Source of the DNA: Defluviitaleaceae bacterium | GTDB taxonomy: Bacteria; Bacillota; Clostridia; Lachnospirales; UBA5962 | Direction of reading: 5' to 3' | Assembly: GCA_009787435.1 (NCBI GenBank) | Contig: WRFW01000222.1 | Span: 1 to 32,542 of the forward strand | Length of the DNA stretch: 32,542 nt | Shown: positions 7,564 to 16,485 of the stretch, in pieces | How the letters are laid out: every line of letters begins with the position of its first letter | Position numbering within the stretch: the stretch's first letter is position 1 | Made by a program: the position numbers and the translations under genes | Notes under the pieces: generated by a model | The model's input: only the letters and a program-made list of their open reading frames with translations | The model's database searches: none | Told to the model about the DNA's origin: nothing

Positions 7564-7797
7564 ATGGTAAAATTTAAAGAACTATATACAAAAGCATTTA
7601 ACGAACAAACAGAGGTGTTGGAAACTCTAAAAGAATACCAACAAGAAGCAGAAGAAGTTTTCTTAAACATAGAAGATTATGAAGAAGCGTACAAAGAAGC
7701 TTATTTAAAACTTTTTGAAGCCCACACCGAAGCAATAGAATTTATTAAAAATTCTCAGCTGAAAAGCGAAGAGCTTTATTTAGAAATGGCTGTATAA
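7564..7797 (+). CDS. 77-aa acidic all-helical protein, function unknown
   Basis: ATG at 7564, 7 nt after AAAGGAGA. Followed by a clean terminator. I do not favour the TTG-extended version in the ORF track. Confidence 0.6.
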   Translation: MVKFKELYTKAFNEQTEVLETLKEYQQEAEEVFLNIEDYEEAYKEAYLKLFEAHTEAIEFIKNSQLKSEELYLEMAV

Positions 7798-7800
7798 AAT

Positions 7801-7828
7801 AAGAACCCCTAAGGGGTTCTTATTTCTC
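7801..7828 (+). terminator. intrinsic terminator
   Basis: AAGAACCCC-TAA-GGGGTTCTT hairpin followed by ATTTCT. Confidence 0.65.
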
Positions 7829-7956
7829 AAAGTTTATAGATAATGTTAAACATAGATAGATAGATTTGATTTATTGATTTTTAGTAAAAAATGTAACTAT
7901 TTACTATTGTTGTAGTTGTTGGCTCGATTAACTCTGAATAAGGATACATTTTCTCT

Positions 7957-10488
7957 CTAATTTACTTTAAAATAGCCAACTAGCTTTTGTAACAATTCTG
8001 CTTGGCTATTAAGCTCTGCTGAAGCACTTGCCGTTTCTTCTGAAACAGCAGAGTTATTTTGAACTACAGAAGAGATTTGTTCTAAACCGACGCTCACTTG
8101 TTGAATAGCTTCGGCTTGCTCTTTAGAAGCCTCTTGAATTTCTGTTATAATCTCTAAAAGCTCATTTGCACTTATAACTATACCCTCAAGAGATTTTGCA
8201 GTGCTGCCTGCTATTTCGCTTCCTGCTTGCACCCTAGTCATAGAATCTTCTATTAGCTTAGTAGTGTCTGCAACTGCCGATTGGCTAGAAGCCGCTAAGC
8301 TTCTAACTTCTTCAGCGACAACAGCAAAGCCGCGCCCATGCTCCCCTGCTCTAGCCGCTTCAACAGAAGCATTTAATGCTAGCAAGTTCGTTTGGAAAGC
8401 TATATCTTCGATTACTTTTATTATGTTTGAAATGTTGCCGCTCGCTTCTTTAATGCCTTTCATAGCATCAAGCATTTTTGCCATATCTTCATTGCCCTCT
8501 ATAGCTGTTTTGGTTGATTTATCTGAAAGAACGCTCGCTTCAACGGCATTTTCTGCATTTTGGCGTGTTTGGCTATTTATTGTATCTATTGTAGCATTTA
8601 GTTGCTGAACAGAGCTAGATTGCTCTGAAGCCCCTGCAGCTAAGTCCATAGCACTTGTAGAAATTTGATTAGCACCGGATAAAACTTGCTCTGCCGAAGA
8701 TTGAATTTCTGCCATAGTTTTGCTTAAATCTTTATTAATAGTAACTATAGAATTTTCAATGCTTTTGAAATCACCAATGAAGCTAAATTTTATTTTCCTA
8801 GTTAAATCACCCTCGGCGATGGCACTAAGGCTGTTATTAATCTCTGTTATATATTTATCTAAACTAGTAACAACATCATTTGCGGCTAACTTCATAACTT
8901 CAAAAGCACCTTTGAATTCACCAGAGACTTTTTGGTTAAACTTAGCTTCTTGCAAGTTTTTCATAACAGTTACTATTTCAGAAATTGGATTATCAACAGC
9001 TACTAAAACACCGTTTAACTCTTCAGCTATAGTTTTCCATTCTCCGTTGTATTTATGAACATCTAACCTATATTGCAAGTCTCCCTCGTCTGCTTTATCT
9101 GCTATTTCTTTTATTCCATTTGCAAGATTTTCTATATTTTCAACGATTGAGTCTACAGTTTTATTAATGTAGCTTTCTTCCCCCTCAAACTGGCGAAGCT
9201 GTGCTTTAAAATCTCCATTAATTATTTCTGCAATAGTATCTAATATTTCTTTTTTACTGCCTGTGTGGTATTCAAGCATTTCATTTAAGCCTTGTGCAAT
9301 TGCTCTAAATGCCCCCTCATAAGAAGAATCGTTAACACGATATTTATAACTTCCTGAAAGGTGCTTTTCATGAACTTGGGTAATATCATTAATTAGTTTT
9401 TCAATAATTGAAAGATTTCTACCAAATTCACTACTTATTCCATTTAAACCAAAAGAAGTATCAACGAAATTTGATTTTTGAATAGCACGCCCCTCTGCTA
9501 TAGCATCGGATTGAGATTTAAAATCGCTAATAAAGCCCCTTACCATTTGCCTAATTCTATATGAAACATAAGTAATAGCGAACACTGCTATAGCGATTAA
9601 AGCTATTACAACTGTTATCATCATTACTAAAAGCGTCTGTGTTGCTTGGTCTGAAATATGGTCTGTTGGCATTACTGCAATTAAAGTCCACCCTGGGGTT
9701 TCGAGGGGGAAAGTCATAACGTATGAAGAAGCATTTAAGTGGTTATCGTTAATTAATGTATATCTTTCATTAGAATTTATAGCAGCTTCAAAACGACCCA
9801 TGCTAGTAATTTCTGTTACATAAGTAAATTGCCCATTTTCATTCATTAAAAAGTTTGGGTTTGGGTGATAAATAATTTCACCGTTAGAGCCTACTAATAT
9901 TAAATAACCGCCGCCGGGAACTTGGTAGTTGCTAAGCATGTCTATAATAGTTTGAACGCTAGTAGTTATTACGAAAGCCGCATCTGCCCCGTCTACATTT
10001 ACCCAATAAGAGAAAAAGGCTACTAGCTCGCCTGTTGTAGCGTGAATATAAGGCCTGCCAACTACAAGCTCTCTATAAGTGCCTACAGATTCAGCCCACC
10101 AATTTCTTTCATACAGCCAAGCAGCAGAGGGTAAATTAAAATTAAACTGTATGTATAAATCATGGTCTGTTGAAGCTGAAAATGCATCTGAAATAAAATC
10201 ATGATTTTGATAAACTGAGTAAACTAATGCTTGGGTATGTTCCCGCCCTAGCATTTGCCCAGCGTTTGCAAATTCTTCAACTATAGCAGCTGGTCTTTCA
10301 AACCAAATGTTAGTCGACTGAGCCGCCATTTCAAGCTCTGCCAAAGTATAGTTCATAATATTTTGGCGAACACTGCTAATTACTATGGTGTTATTAATAG
10401 CTAATATAAACAGAAAGCTTATAACAGAAAGCGAAGCAAGCCCTAAGCTTAGCTTAGTTGAAAGTTTTAATGGTTTTCTTCTTTTCAT
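7957..10488 (-). CDS. methyl-accepting chemotaxis protein with a Cache-like periplasmic domain and several HAMP-like repeats
   Basis: N-terminal TM segment, about 250-aa extracellular region, second TM segment, repeated GDL/GDF HAMP-like segments. C-terminal signalling domain has the highly conserved [32 protein letters not shown]. Confidence 0.9.
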   Translation of the reverse strand: MKRRKPLKLSTKLSLGLASLSVISFLFILAINNTIVISSVRQNIMNYTLAELEMAAQSTNIWFERPAAIVEEFANAGQMLGREHTQALVYSVYQNHDFISDAFSASTDHDLYIQFNFNLPSAAWLYERNWWAESVGTYRELVVGRPYIHATTGELVAFFSYWVNVDGADAAFVITTSVQTIIDMLSNYQVPGGGYLILVGSNGEIIYHPNPNFLMNENGQFTYVTEITSMGRFEAAINSNERYTLINDNHLNASSYVMTFPLETPGWTLIAVMPTDHISDQATQTLLVMMITVVIALIAIAVFAITYVSYRIRQMVRGFISDFKSQSDAIAEGRAIQKSNFVDTSFGLNGISSEFGRNLSIIEKLINDITQVHEKHLSGSYKYRVNDSSYEGAFRAIAQGLNEMLEYHTGSKKEILDTIAEIINGDFKAQLRQFEGEESYINKTVDSIVENIENLANGIKEIADKADEGDLQYRLDVHKYNGEWKTIAEELNGVLVAVDNPISEIVTVMKNLQEAKFNQKVSGEFKGAFEVMKLAANDVVTSLDKYITEINNSLSAIAEGDLTRKIKFSFIGDFKSIENSIVTINKDLSKTMAEIQSSAEQVLSGANQISTSAMDLAAGASEQSSSVQQLNATIDTINSQTRQNAENAVEASVLSDKSTKTAIEGNEDMAKMLDAMKGIKEASGNISNIIKVIEDIAFQTNLLALNASVEAARAGEHGRGFAVVAEEVRSLAASSQSAVADTTKLIEDSMTRVQAGSEIAGSTAKSLEGIVISANELLEIITEIQEASKEQAEAIQQVSVGLEQISSVVQNNSAVSEETASASAELNSQAELLQKLVGYFKVN

Positions 10489-10649
10489 ACCATAAAATCC
10501 CCTTTTGAATGTAATTTAAATATTTATAAAATTAAGCTGCAGCATAAAATTGAGTATATTCTCACAAGCAATCACATACTACAACACAGTAACTTATATT
10601 ATAACAAAATTTTCACAAGATGTAAAGAGTTTTTAAAAATTGCATAAAT

Positions 10650-10717
10650 GTTTATATAATAAAGCTATACCTTGGCTAGGTTTCTTTAAATTTCTTTGAG
10701 ATGCATTGCCATAATAG
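10650..10717 (-). repeat. solitary diverged copy of the AAGAAnCnTAGCCAAG stem-loop repeat family
   Basis: The minus strand reads AAAGAAACCTAGCCAAGGTATAGCTTTATTATAT. Compare TAAGAAGCTTAGCCAAGGTGATG at 29142-29164 and TAAGAAGCATAGCCAAGTTATAG on the minus strand of 20588-20766. Confidence 0.45.
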
Positions 10718-10782
10718 ATATTTATTTAATATTTACACAAAAAAATAACCAAAAATAAATGTTAAGAAAACACCAAAATTGG

Positions 10783-11442
10783 TTATTTAAACTTTTTTTT
10801 AGCAAGATTTTTTAGCCAATCCATTTTAGGATTTGCGGTGATTAAAGCATCTTCTTTATAGCTTATAAGTTTTTCTGGCTGTTGTATATATGGATTTTGA
10901 TTAGAAGATTGCGGGGCAGGCGTTTCTTGAGCAGGCTGCTTAGTATAGGCTTGCATATGCTGCTGCTGGCTAAGGAGAATTGCAACAGTTGTATCTTTAG
11001 CTTGCTCTTGCACATTATTTATTTGTTTATCTTTAGATTCAAGCTGCCTATCTTTTTCTTCAATTTGCCTATCTTTAGTTTCTAACTGTGTTTTAAAAAT
11101 CTCGGCAAGTTCTTTTTTTTCTTCTAAGGCTAATTCGAGCGTCTTTACTTGAGCTTCTAAAATTTTTATGTGCTCTTCTAAAAAGGCTATTTTTTCTAAA
11201 TTTTCGGTTAAAATTAGCTCATCTTTTTCTTTCTTTTTCGGCGGCATACTCGCCCTTTTAGAGCTAGTCTTTTCAAAAGCTTCTTTTACTAATCTTTCAC
11301 CTTCTTCATCTAAATTTATAACTTTGCCTATGGTGTGTAAGTGGTTAGTTATTTTAGTTTTAAAAGGCTCTGTGTTTATTTTTTTAAAAACAGCTTGCTT
11401 AGTAACACCTATTTCATCTGCTAAATTTTTTATAGTCTTCAT
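10783..11442 (-). CDS. HTH DNA-binding protein with a coiled-coil and Gln-rich C-terminus (resembles DUF536-type plasmid/phage-associated proteins)
   Basis: N-terminal MKTIKNLADEIGVTKQAVFKKI HTH. Long E/K coiled coil, then LLSQQQHMQ. Confidence 0.65.
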   Translation of the reverse strand: MKTIKNLADEIGVTKQAVFKKINTEPFKTKITNHLHTIGKVINLDEEGERLVKEAFEKTSSKRASMPPKKKEKDELILTENLEKIAFLEEHIKILEAQVKTLELALEEKKELAEIFKTQLETKDRQIEEKDRQLESKDKQINNVQEQAKDTTVAILLSQQQHMQAYTKQPAQETPAPQSSNQNPYIQQPEKLISYKEDALITANPKMDWLKNLAKKKFK

Positions 11443-11449
11443 AATAATA

Positions 11450-11478
11450 ATTATAATACAAAATCGTAAAAATTACAA
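11450..11478 (-). promoter_or_regulatory. promoter TTGTAA-17-TATAAT ending 7 nt before the ATG (candidate leaderless mRNA)
   Basis: Minus strand: TTGTAA (11473-11478), 17 nt spacer, TATAAT (11450-11455), TATTATT, then the ATG at 11442. No Shine-Dalgarno sequence. Confidence 0.45.
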
Positions 11479-11569
11479 CATATATTTTTTCGTGTTTTTG
11501 TAGTAAATTTTGCTTGGGCTTGGCTAGTGATTTACCCAAAAAAACTTGCCTATTAAAGTGAAATAAAAT

Positions 11570-11600
11570 ATCAAAAAAAGAGCTGTTTTTAAGCTCTTTT
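11570..11600 (-). terminator. intrinsic terminator
   Basis: AAAGAGCT/AGCTCTTT stem followed on the minus strand by a TTTTTGATTTT run. Confidence 0.6.
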
Positions 11601-11628
11601 TATAAATTAATAAAAACTAAGCATTTAT

Positions 11629-12399
11629 TCATCTTAAATAATAATGCGGAATGAAACCTCTTCTTCCCTCAAAATTACCATCTAAAATAATTACTTCATG
11701 CAAAAGACCATAGTTTTCAAAAAAGCTTTCTATTTGAAAACTAATAGAAGGCACCGCCATGCTTCTTACTATACTAATTTTAGTATTCTCATCTAAAGTA
11801 ACTAACAAATCACGAGTGCTAATAGAATCTCTAGCTAGTATAAGAAAAGGAGATGAATTTTTTCTAACATAGCGTACCGCACCATAGCTCCACTGTTCTT
11901 TTAAATTTAGGTTATATTCTGGATTTGAATTTAAATTATGATGATTAATTAACTGAGAAATAAAAAGCCTTGAATTTGAAAAAGAAGCTGGAAAAAGAAC
12001 TGGAAAAGAGACTGAATTAAAATCATCTAAAGAGATAATATCACCCATAAACCCATAAATAGGGTATTCATCTGTTAAAAATAAAGATACTGTATTAATT
12101 CTAGGAAAACTTGCTTCTAGCTCAGCTCTTCTTTGTTCGCTAATATCATCTCTTATAAATTCTCTATTATATTTCCAAAATAAATTTATAGGAGCATCAA
12201 AATTATATATAAATTCTTCACTTATATTTTCATCTAAAAGAGAAAACTTGTCAAAAAATAATTGCTCTATAACCTTTCGCTCTCTAACAATATAAGGGCT
12301 TATGAAAGTTTCTTCAGAAGCAGTGGTGCTATACTCATAAAGAAAATAAACACCAGATACAGCTAAAATTACAGACAATATAAAACTTTTAAAACTCAT
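11629..12399 (-). CDS. membrane-anchored hypothetical protein
   Basis: 256-aa ORF with AAGGTGG RBS. Single N-terminal TM segment (FILSVILAVSGVYFLY). Confidence 0.6.
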   Translation of the reverse strand: MSFKSFILSVILAVSGVYFLYEYSTTASEETFISPYIVRERKVIEQLFFDKFSLLDENISEEFIYNFDAPINLFWKYNREFIRDDISEQRRAELEASFPRINTVSLFLTDEYPIYGFMGDIISLDDFNSVSFPVLFPASFSNSRLFISQLINHHNLNSNPEYNLNLKEQWSYGAVRYVRKNSSPFLILARDSISTRDLLVTLDENTKISIVRSMAVPSISFQIESFFENYGLLHEVIILDGNFEGRRGFIPHYYLR

Positions 12400-12542
12400 A
12401 TTAATACCACCTTGCTTAAAATAACTATTTATTTTTGAAATTCTTTTTCATTTTTTCGCAGCCTTTATTTGCTTATTTTATAACAAGAACATTATACCAT
12501 ACTTTTTTGGCAATGTCAAGAAAAAGCCAAATAAGTTTTAAT

Positions 12543-12567
12543 GCAAAAAAGAGCCAAAAAGGCTCTT
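12543..12567 (-). terminator. intrinsic terminator (bidirectional hairpin)
   Basis: AAGAGCC-AAAAA-GGCTCTT with T runs on both strands. Confidence 0.65.
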
Positions 12568-12580
12568 TTTTGAAATTTAT

Positions 12581-13084
12581 TTAAAAATTAAAAATATCAT
12601 CAAAAATTTCAATACCAGTGTAATAATTAGTGTCTATAACATCTAATATAGTGCCAAGGGTTTGCAATGCAGCAGCATTATTGCCCCTTGCATAATAAGG
12701 AAGAAGCTCTACCATGTTTATTATACCTCTTGTACCATTTTCAGCTTCGCTCGTTTGCTCGGCTTCATTTTCAAAGAGAAGAGCAACGTGTGCTTCTCTT
12801 TGCGGCGGGTATATTAAAGGTGATATTTGACTTTGTTCGTATATTACTACTAAATCATCGCCTTCGTTTATATCTCTTACTTCAGCGAGAAGTGTATCTT
12901 TTAAAATTGGTGTATTTTCAAGTAAAATTGTGTAATTTCTATTATAATTCCCTCTGTTTGTTCTTATTGTAACTTCTGTATCTCGAACGTTTGTTACTGT
13001 GCCTTCAACTCTTGAAAAGGCGAAAGCAGGCACAGCTAATACTGCAGTTAAAACAGCGGTTGTAAATATTGTTTTTAGCTTCAT
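12581..13084 (-). CDS. secreted hypothetical protein
   Basis: I prefer the start at ATG 13084 (MKLKTIFTTAVLTAVLAVPAFA signal peptide), preceded by a GGGGGA RBS. The ORF-track start at 13123 lacks an RBS. Confidence 0.6.
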   Translation of the reverse strand: MKLKTIFTTAVLTAVLAVPAFAFSRVEGTVTNVRDTEVTIRTNRGNYNRNYTILLENTPILKDTLLAEVRDINEGDDLVVIYEQSQISPLIYPPQREAHVALLFENEAEQTSEAENGTRGIINMVELLPYYARGNNAAALQTLGTILDVIDTNYYTGIEIFDDIFNF

Positions 13085-13143
13085 AATAAATCCCCCTTGT
13101 TGAAGCAAGATTTGTTTCAACAAAATTATTATTTGAGGATTTT

Positions 13144-13241
13144 AAAAATTTATGAGTGCCAACATTTATACAGTGAAATTTTTTAATAGGTTCTATTCTA
13201 TTTTGAAAATATTTCAAAATTTATGAGTGCCAGTATTTATA
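13144..13241 (-). repeat. two direct copies (72-nt period) of a 26-nt core AAAATTTATGAGTGCCArYATTTATA
   Basis: 13144-13169 and 13216-13241 are identical at 24 of 26 positions. On the minus strand the core resembles the GTATAA..TTGGGCA block of the repeat family. Confidence 0.6.
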
Positions 13242-13263
13242 TAGCGGTTTGTTAGAACTTTAT

Positions 13264-14352
13264 TTAAAAACTTATAGAATTTAGCAAATCATAATTAATT
13301 ACAAAATTTAAATTTGCTTCTTCTAAAATTCTTTCTATTTCTTCCATTGCAAGCGGCTCAGCTACTAACATCATCAAATGTTCCATATGGTTAGAATCTT
13401 GAAGCGTTTCACGCCCCTCTAAATACATAACGTGATAACCAAATTGGCTTTCTACTATTCCTGTGTCTCCTATGTTTGCAGAAAAACTCCAATCTTCAAA
13501 CTCGGGAACCATTTCGCCACGTGAAAAGTGATATGCACCCTCATCTTGCACAACGCCTGGGTCTTGTGAGTAAATTGGCGCCAAATCTCTTGCACGCTCG
13601 CCTGCGTTTAGCCTCGCTAAAAGCTCTTCTGCTTCTTCGCGTGTGTCCACTAAAATGTGTACCGCACTAACTAACATTTGCAAATCACGCTCTACCGTTT
13701 CTCTGTTTTCTTCAAAATATTGCAGTGCTTGTGCTTCTGTTACTTCAACACTATCTACAAGAGACATTAAAAATTCATTTATTACTAAAATATTAGGTTG
13801 GATTAGTGAAAAAGTGCCTAGGCTAATACCTGCCATTTCATAAAAATGTTCTTCTGGGTCATCACCACCTGCAGAAACAATTTCTGCAAAATCATCTAAA
13901 TTTCTTTGTGCTTCCAATTCAAGCTCTGGTGTTACTTCATATCCTCTTGAAAGAGCTATATAACGAAGAGTTGCCATTTCTAAAACTTCTTCCCAAGTTT
14001 CTTCATGAATACGCTGGCGGTGGGTTATACCTGTTACCGGGTCTGCTTCATCTTCCCAAAAATCTTCTAAAGATTCTTCATCTAACCCCATTTGAAGCAA
14101 AAAGTTTGCTTCTGCAGCAGAGCGAATATTTAATAAATATTGAAACTCTTCTTCATAAATGTTAATATCGCCATAGTGAGCAAGCACTGTTAAAGAACCG
14201 GCTGCTGGTGTAAACGTGCCTACTATTGGCTCGTTAGTTGCTGTGCCATTTTCTGAAATGCTATATTCTTCACCGTTATTTGTGCTTTCATATTCATTTG
14301 CTGTGCCGCATGCTATTAAAAGTGCTAATGCTGCTATCGTTAAAAATTTCAT
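13264..14352 (-). CDS. PrsA-like lipoprotein with a parvulin-type peptidyl-prolyl isomerase domain
   Basis: Lipobox LLIAC|G at the N-terminus. PpiC-type motif VSAVHILV...FSRGEMVPEFEDWSF...GIVESQFGYHVMYLEG. Confidence 0.8.
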   Translation of the reverse strand: MKFLTIAALALLIACGTANEYESTNNGEEYSISENGTATNEPIVGTFTPAAGSLTVLAHYGDINIYEEEFQYLLNIRSAAEANFLLQMGLDEESLEDFWEDEADPVTGITHRQRIHEETWEEVLEMATLRYIALSRGYEVTPELELEAQRNLDDFAEIVSAGGDDPEEHFYEMAGISLGTFSLIQPNILVINEFLMSLVDSVEVTEAQALQYFEENRETVERDLQMLVSAVHILVDTREEAEELLARLNAGERARDLAPIYSQDPGVVQDEGAYHFSRGEMVPEFEDWSFSANIGDTGIVESQFGYHVMYLEGRETLQDSNHMEHLMMLVAEPLAMEEIERILEEANLNFVINYDLLNSISF

Positions 14353-14375
14353 ATAAATTCTCCTATAGTTTATGT

Positions 14376-14448
14376 TGCGCCTTACAGGAATTGAACCTGC
14401 GACCTGTAGGTCCGGAGCCTACCGCTCTATCCACTGAGCTAAAGACGC
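14376..14448 (-). tRNA. tRNA-Arg (anticodon CCG)
   Basis: Hand-folded cloverleaf. Acceptor GCGTCTT/AAGGCGC, D arm GCTC-AGTGGATA-GAGC, anticodon arm GTAGG-CTCCGGA-CCTAC, T arm GCAGG-TTCAATT-CCTGT, discriminator A. No encoded CCA. Confidence 0.85.
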
Positions 14449-14453
14449 ATTGT

Positions 14454-14482
14454 TATTAATTTGTTAAGAAAAAGACTTGCAA
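14454..14482 (-). promoter_or_regulatory. possible promoter TTGCAA-17-TTAATA placing the TSS at the mature tRNA 5' end
   Basis: Palindromic TTGCAA at 14477-14482. The -10-like TTAATA (14454-14459) ends 5 nt before tRNA position 1. Confidence 0.35.
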
Positions 14483-14661
14483 ATTCCCTCCTATAATGTT
14501 AACATATAATTAAAGATTTTTCAAGAACTTTTTTATATTTTTATAATTAGGCACATCTAAAACTGCTAAGTTTTTAGAAAGGTGCGTTAAAAACAGCCCG
14601 TTATTTAGGCTTTTCAACAGATTAATAAACTTTTAAAATTTTAAAATAGGAGGCATTTATT

Positions 14662-16482
14662 ATGAAAAATGTGAAAAAAACATTGCTAGGGGCATTAGCC
14701 ATTTTCAGCATAAATACGATTACTTACGCAACACCAGTTTTAACAGAGCCAGAAACCGGGCCTTTAGATTTAACTGGCCAAAATGCCCCTCAAAATGCAA
14801 ATGAATGGGCTGAAGCACATAGGCAATTTTTAAATAGTATAAGCGATTGGCAAAACCAGCAAACACAGGCGAACCCACCAACACAATCACAAACACAACA
14901 GCCAACTAACGAAAACCGCCCTGTTCAAAGTGTAACTGGGCAATTAACGCAAAACCAATCAATAATTACAGATATTACAAACATGAACACCGAAAATTTA
15001 ATGCTATATATGCACGACCAAGGCTATTTACACCTTTTTTCTGGCGAAGCTAGACCAAATATGAGAGTAACTAGGGGCGATTTTGCATATATGCTAGGAA
15101 GCTTTGTGCGTACGAACAGTGCCCTTTTAAATAGAAATGGTTTCACAACTTCAAGAAGAAATAATGTAAACTTTAGCGATATAACTAACAGCCACTTTGC
15201 ATATGAAAATTTAATAGAGCTAGCAAGAAGAAGAATAGTTCATGAAACAGGAAGAAATATTCGCCCAAATGAATATATAACACGTGAAGAAGCATACAGA
15301 TGGATTCACAATTTATTATATTTAATGGACAATAGCACACCTAGAGAAAGAACTACTAACCCAAGGCTAAACTTAACGAGGATTGAAGCAGCCGAAATAA
15401 TAACTCAATTAGAATTACTTTTAAACGGCGGCCCAGTTATAACTAGCCAAGGGCTAAACTTAATTAGAGCAAATGCTAGAAATTTCACACAAGATGGCTT
15501 TGAATTACACTTAACTATAAATAATACGAGCGTTTGGAGGGGTGCAAATGTTCATTTTAGAATAAACGACTATCAAAGAACAGTGCCTTTAAATAATTTA
15601 ACACCTATAGCAGTTTTTGCACACAACAGCGTTTATTCTGTTTTTGTGCCTGCAGAATTCCCGGGCACACATTCAACTTTTGTAAACTTAACTCTAGGAA
15701 ATGAAAATTCGGCAGTTCGTATAGTTAATGCTAGTGCTGTGGCAGGGCCTGCAAATTTAACTAACCAAGCTACTATAAGCGTAGGCGGGCTTCCAAACTG
15801 GCAAGCAGGCACAGCTAACAATTGGGGCTGGAACAATGAAAACCGCTGGAACACAAACTGGAGCTGGCAGGACAATAATTGGAGCTGGGAAAATAACAAC
15901 TGGAACAATAATTGGAATTGGCAATGGGAAAACAACAACTGGCGTTGGGTAAATAACAACACAAACGACCAATGGAGCCAACCTACACACCAATTCCCGG
16001 GTTGGAACATGCCAGAGGGAAACCAAAACAACAATAACTGGGGCAATCAAAATAATATAATCTTTGGCGACCCAATAATAGAACAAGAAGTTAGAAGACA
16101 ATTAAACAGACCACAAGGCAATATAACAGCTGCAGATGCAAGAACAATTACAGATATAAATATAACTATACCAACAAACCATGGTGTGTCTTCAAGGGCT
16201 TTAATGGGCTTGCAGCACTTCACAAACTTACAAGCACTCCGTTTTAGCTTTATAGGAACAAACATGGCAGCATCAAATTTAAGAAACCTTAGAGATATAG
16301 AGGGCTTAACAGACTTACGCAGGCTAGAACTTAGAGGGCATGGAATAAACAATCTTTCACACATAAATAACTTAAGAAGACTTGAAGTGTTAGACTTAAG
16401 CATGGCAGACCAAACGATAACGAACAATTTAAATTATATAAATTATTTAAATGGAAACCACTCTCTAACGACTTGGAGATAA
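14662..16482 (+). CDS. secreted surface protein: signal peptide, SLH-like domain(s), Asn/Trp-rich repeat, C-terminal leucine-rich repeats
   Basis: AGGAGG RBS. Signal peptide MKNVKKTLLGALAIFSINTITYA. SLH-like FSDITNSHFAYENLIELARRRIV. LRR-like LTDLRRLELRGHGINNLSHINNLRRLEVLDLS. Confidence 0.75.
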   Translation: MKNVKKTLLGALAIFSINTITYATPVLTEPETGPLDLTGQNAPQNANEWAEAHRQFLNSISDWQNQQTQANPPTQSQTQQPTNENRPVQSVTGQLTQNQSIITDITNMNTENLMLYMHDQGYLHLFSGEARPNMRVTRGDFAYMLGSFVRTNSALLNRNGFTTSRRNNVNFSDITNSHFAYENLIELARRRIVHETGRNIRPNEYITREEAYRWIHNLLYLMDNSTPRERTTNPRLNLTRIEAAEIITQLELLLNGGPVITSQGLNLIRANARNFTQDGFELHLTINNTSVWRGANVHFRINDYQRTVPLNNLTPIAVFAHNSVYSVFVPAEFPGTHSTFVNLTLGNENSAVRIVNASAVAGPANLTNQATISVGGLPNWQAGTANNWGWNNENRWNTNWSWQDNNWSWENNNWNNNWNWQWENNNWRWVNNNTNDQWSQPTHQFPGWNMPEGNQNNNNWGNQNNIIFGDPIIEQEVRRQLNRPQGNITAADARTITDINITIPTNHGVSSRALMGLQHFTNLQALRFSFIGTNMAASNLRNLRDIEGLTDLRRLELRGHGINNLSHINNLRRLEVLDLSMADQTITNNLNYINYLNGNHSLTTWR

Positions 16483-16485
16483 GTT

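Noticed and set aside
11505-11535. TTGCTTGGGCTTGGCTAGTGATTTACCC, possibly another fragment of the repeat family
   Set aside because: Only about 8-nt matches (CTTGGGC, TTGGCTAG) in ambiguous orientation. Too short to separate from chance.
13005-13217. 70-aa minus-strand ORF spanning the repeat region and the start of the secreted-protein gene
   Set aside because: It overlaps the better-supported gene start and its RBS in another frame, has no RBS of its own, and consists largely of repeat sequence.
13144-13241. TGGCAC motifs on the minus strand of the repeat cores looked like sigma-54 -24 elements
   Set aside because: The -12 element is absent: TGGCAC is followed by TCATAAATT, with no GC dinucleotide at the required spacing. 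The related TTGGGCA...TTGCTT in the 29 kb array has about 15 nt between GG and GC instead of about 10-11.
14238-14459. 73-aa plus-strand ORF
   Set aside because: It runs antisense through the tRNA-Arg gene and the 5' end of the prsA-like gene. It is an artefact.
14578-14590. 11-mer AGGTGCGTTAA shared with 19934-19944
   Set aside because: Many shared 11-mers are expected by chance in 32 kb, and the flanks show no similarity.
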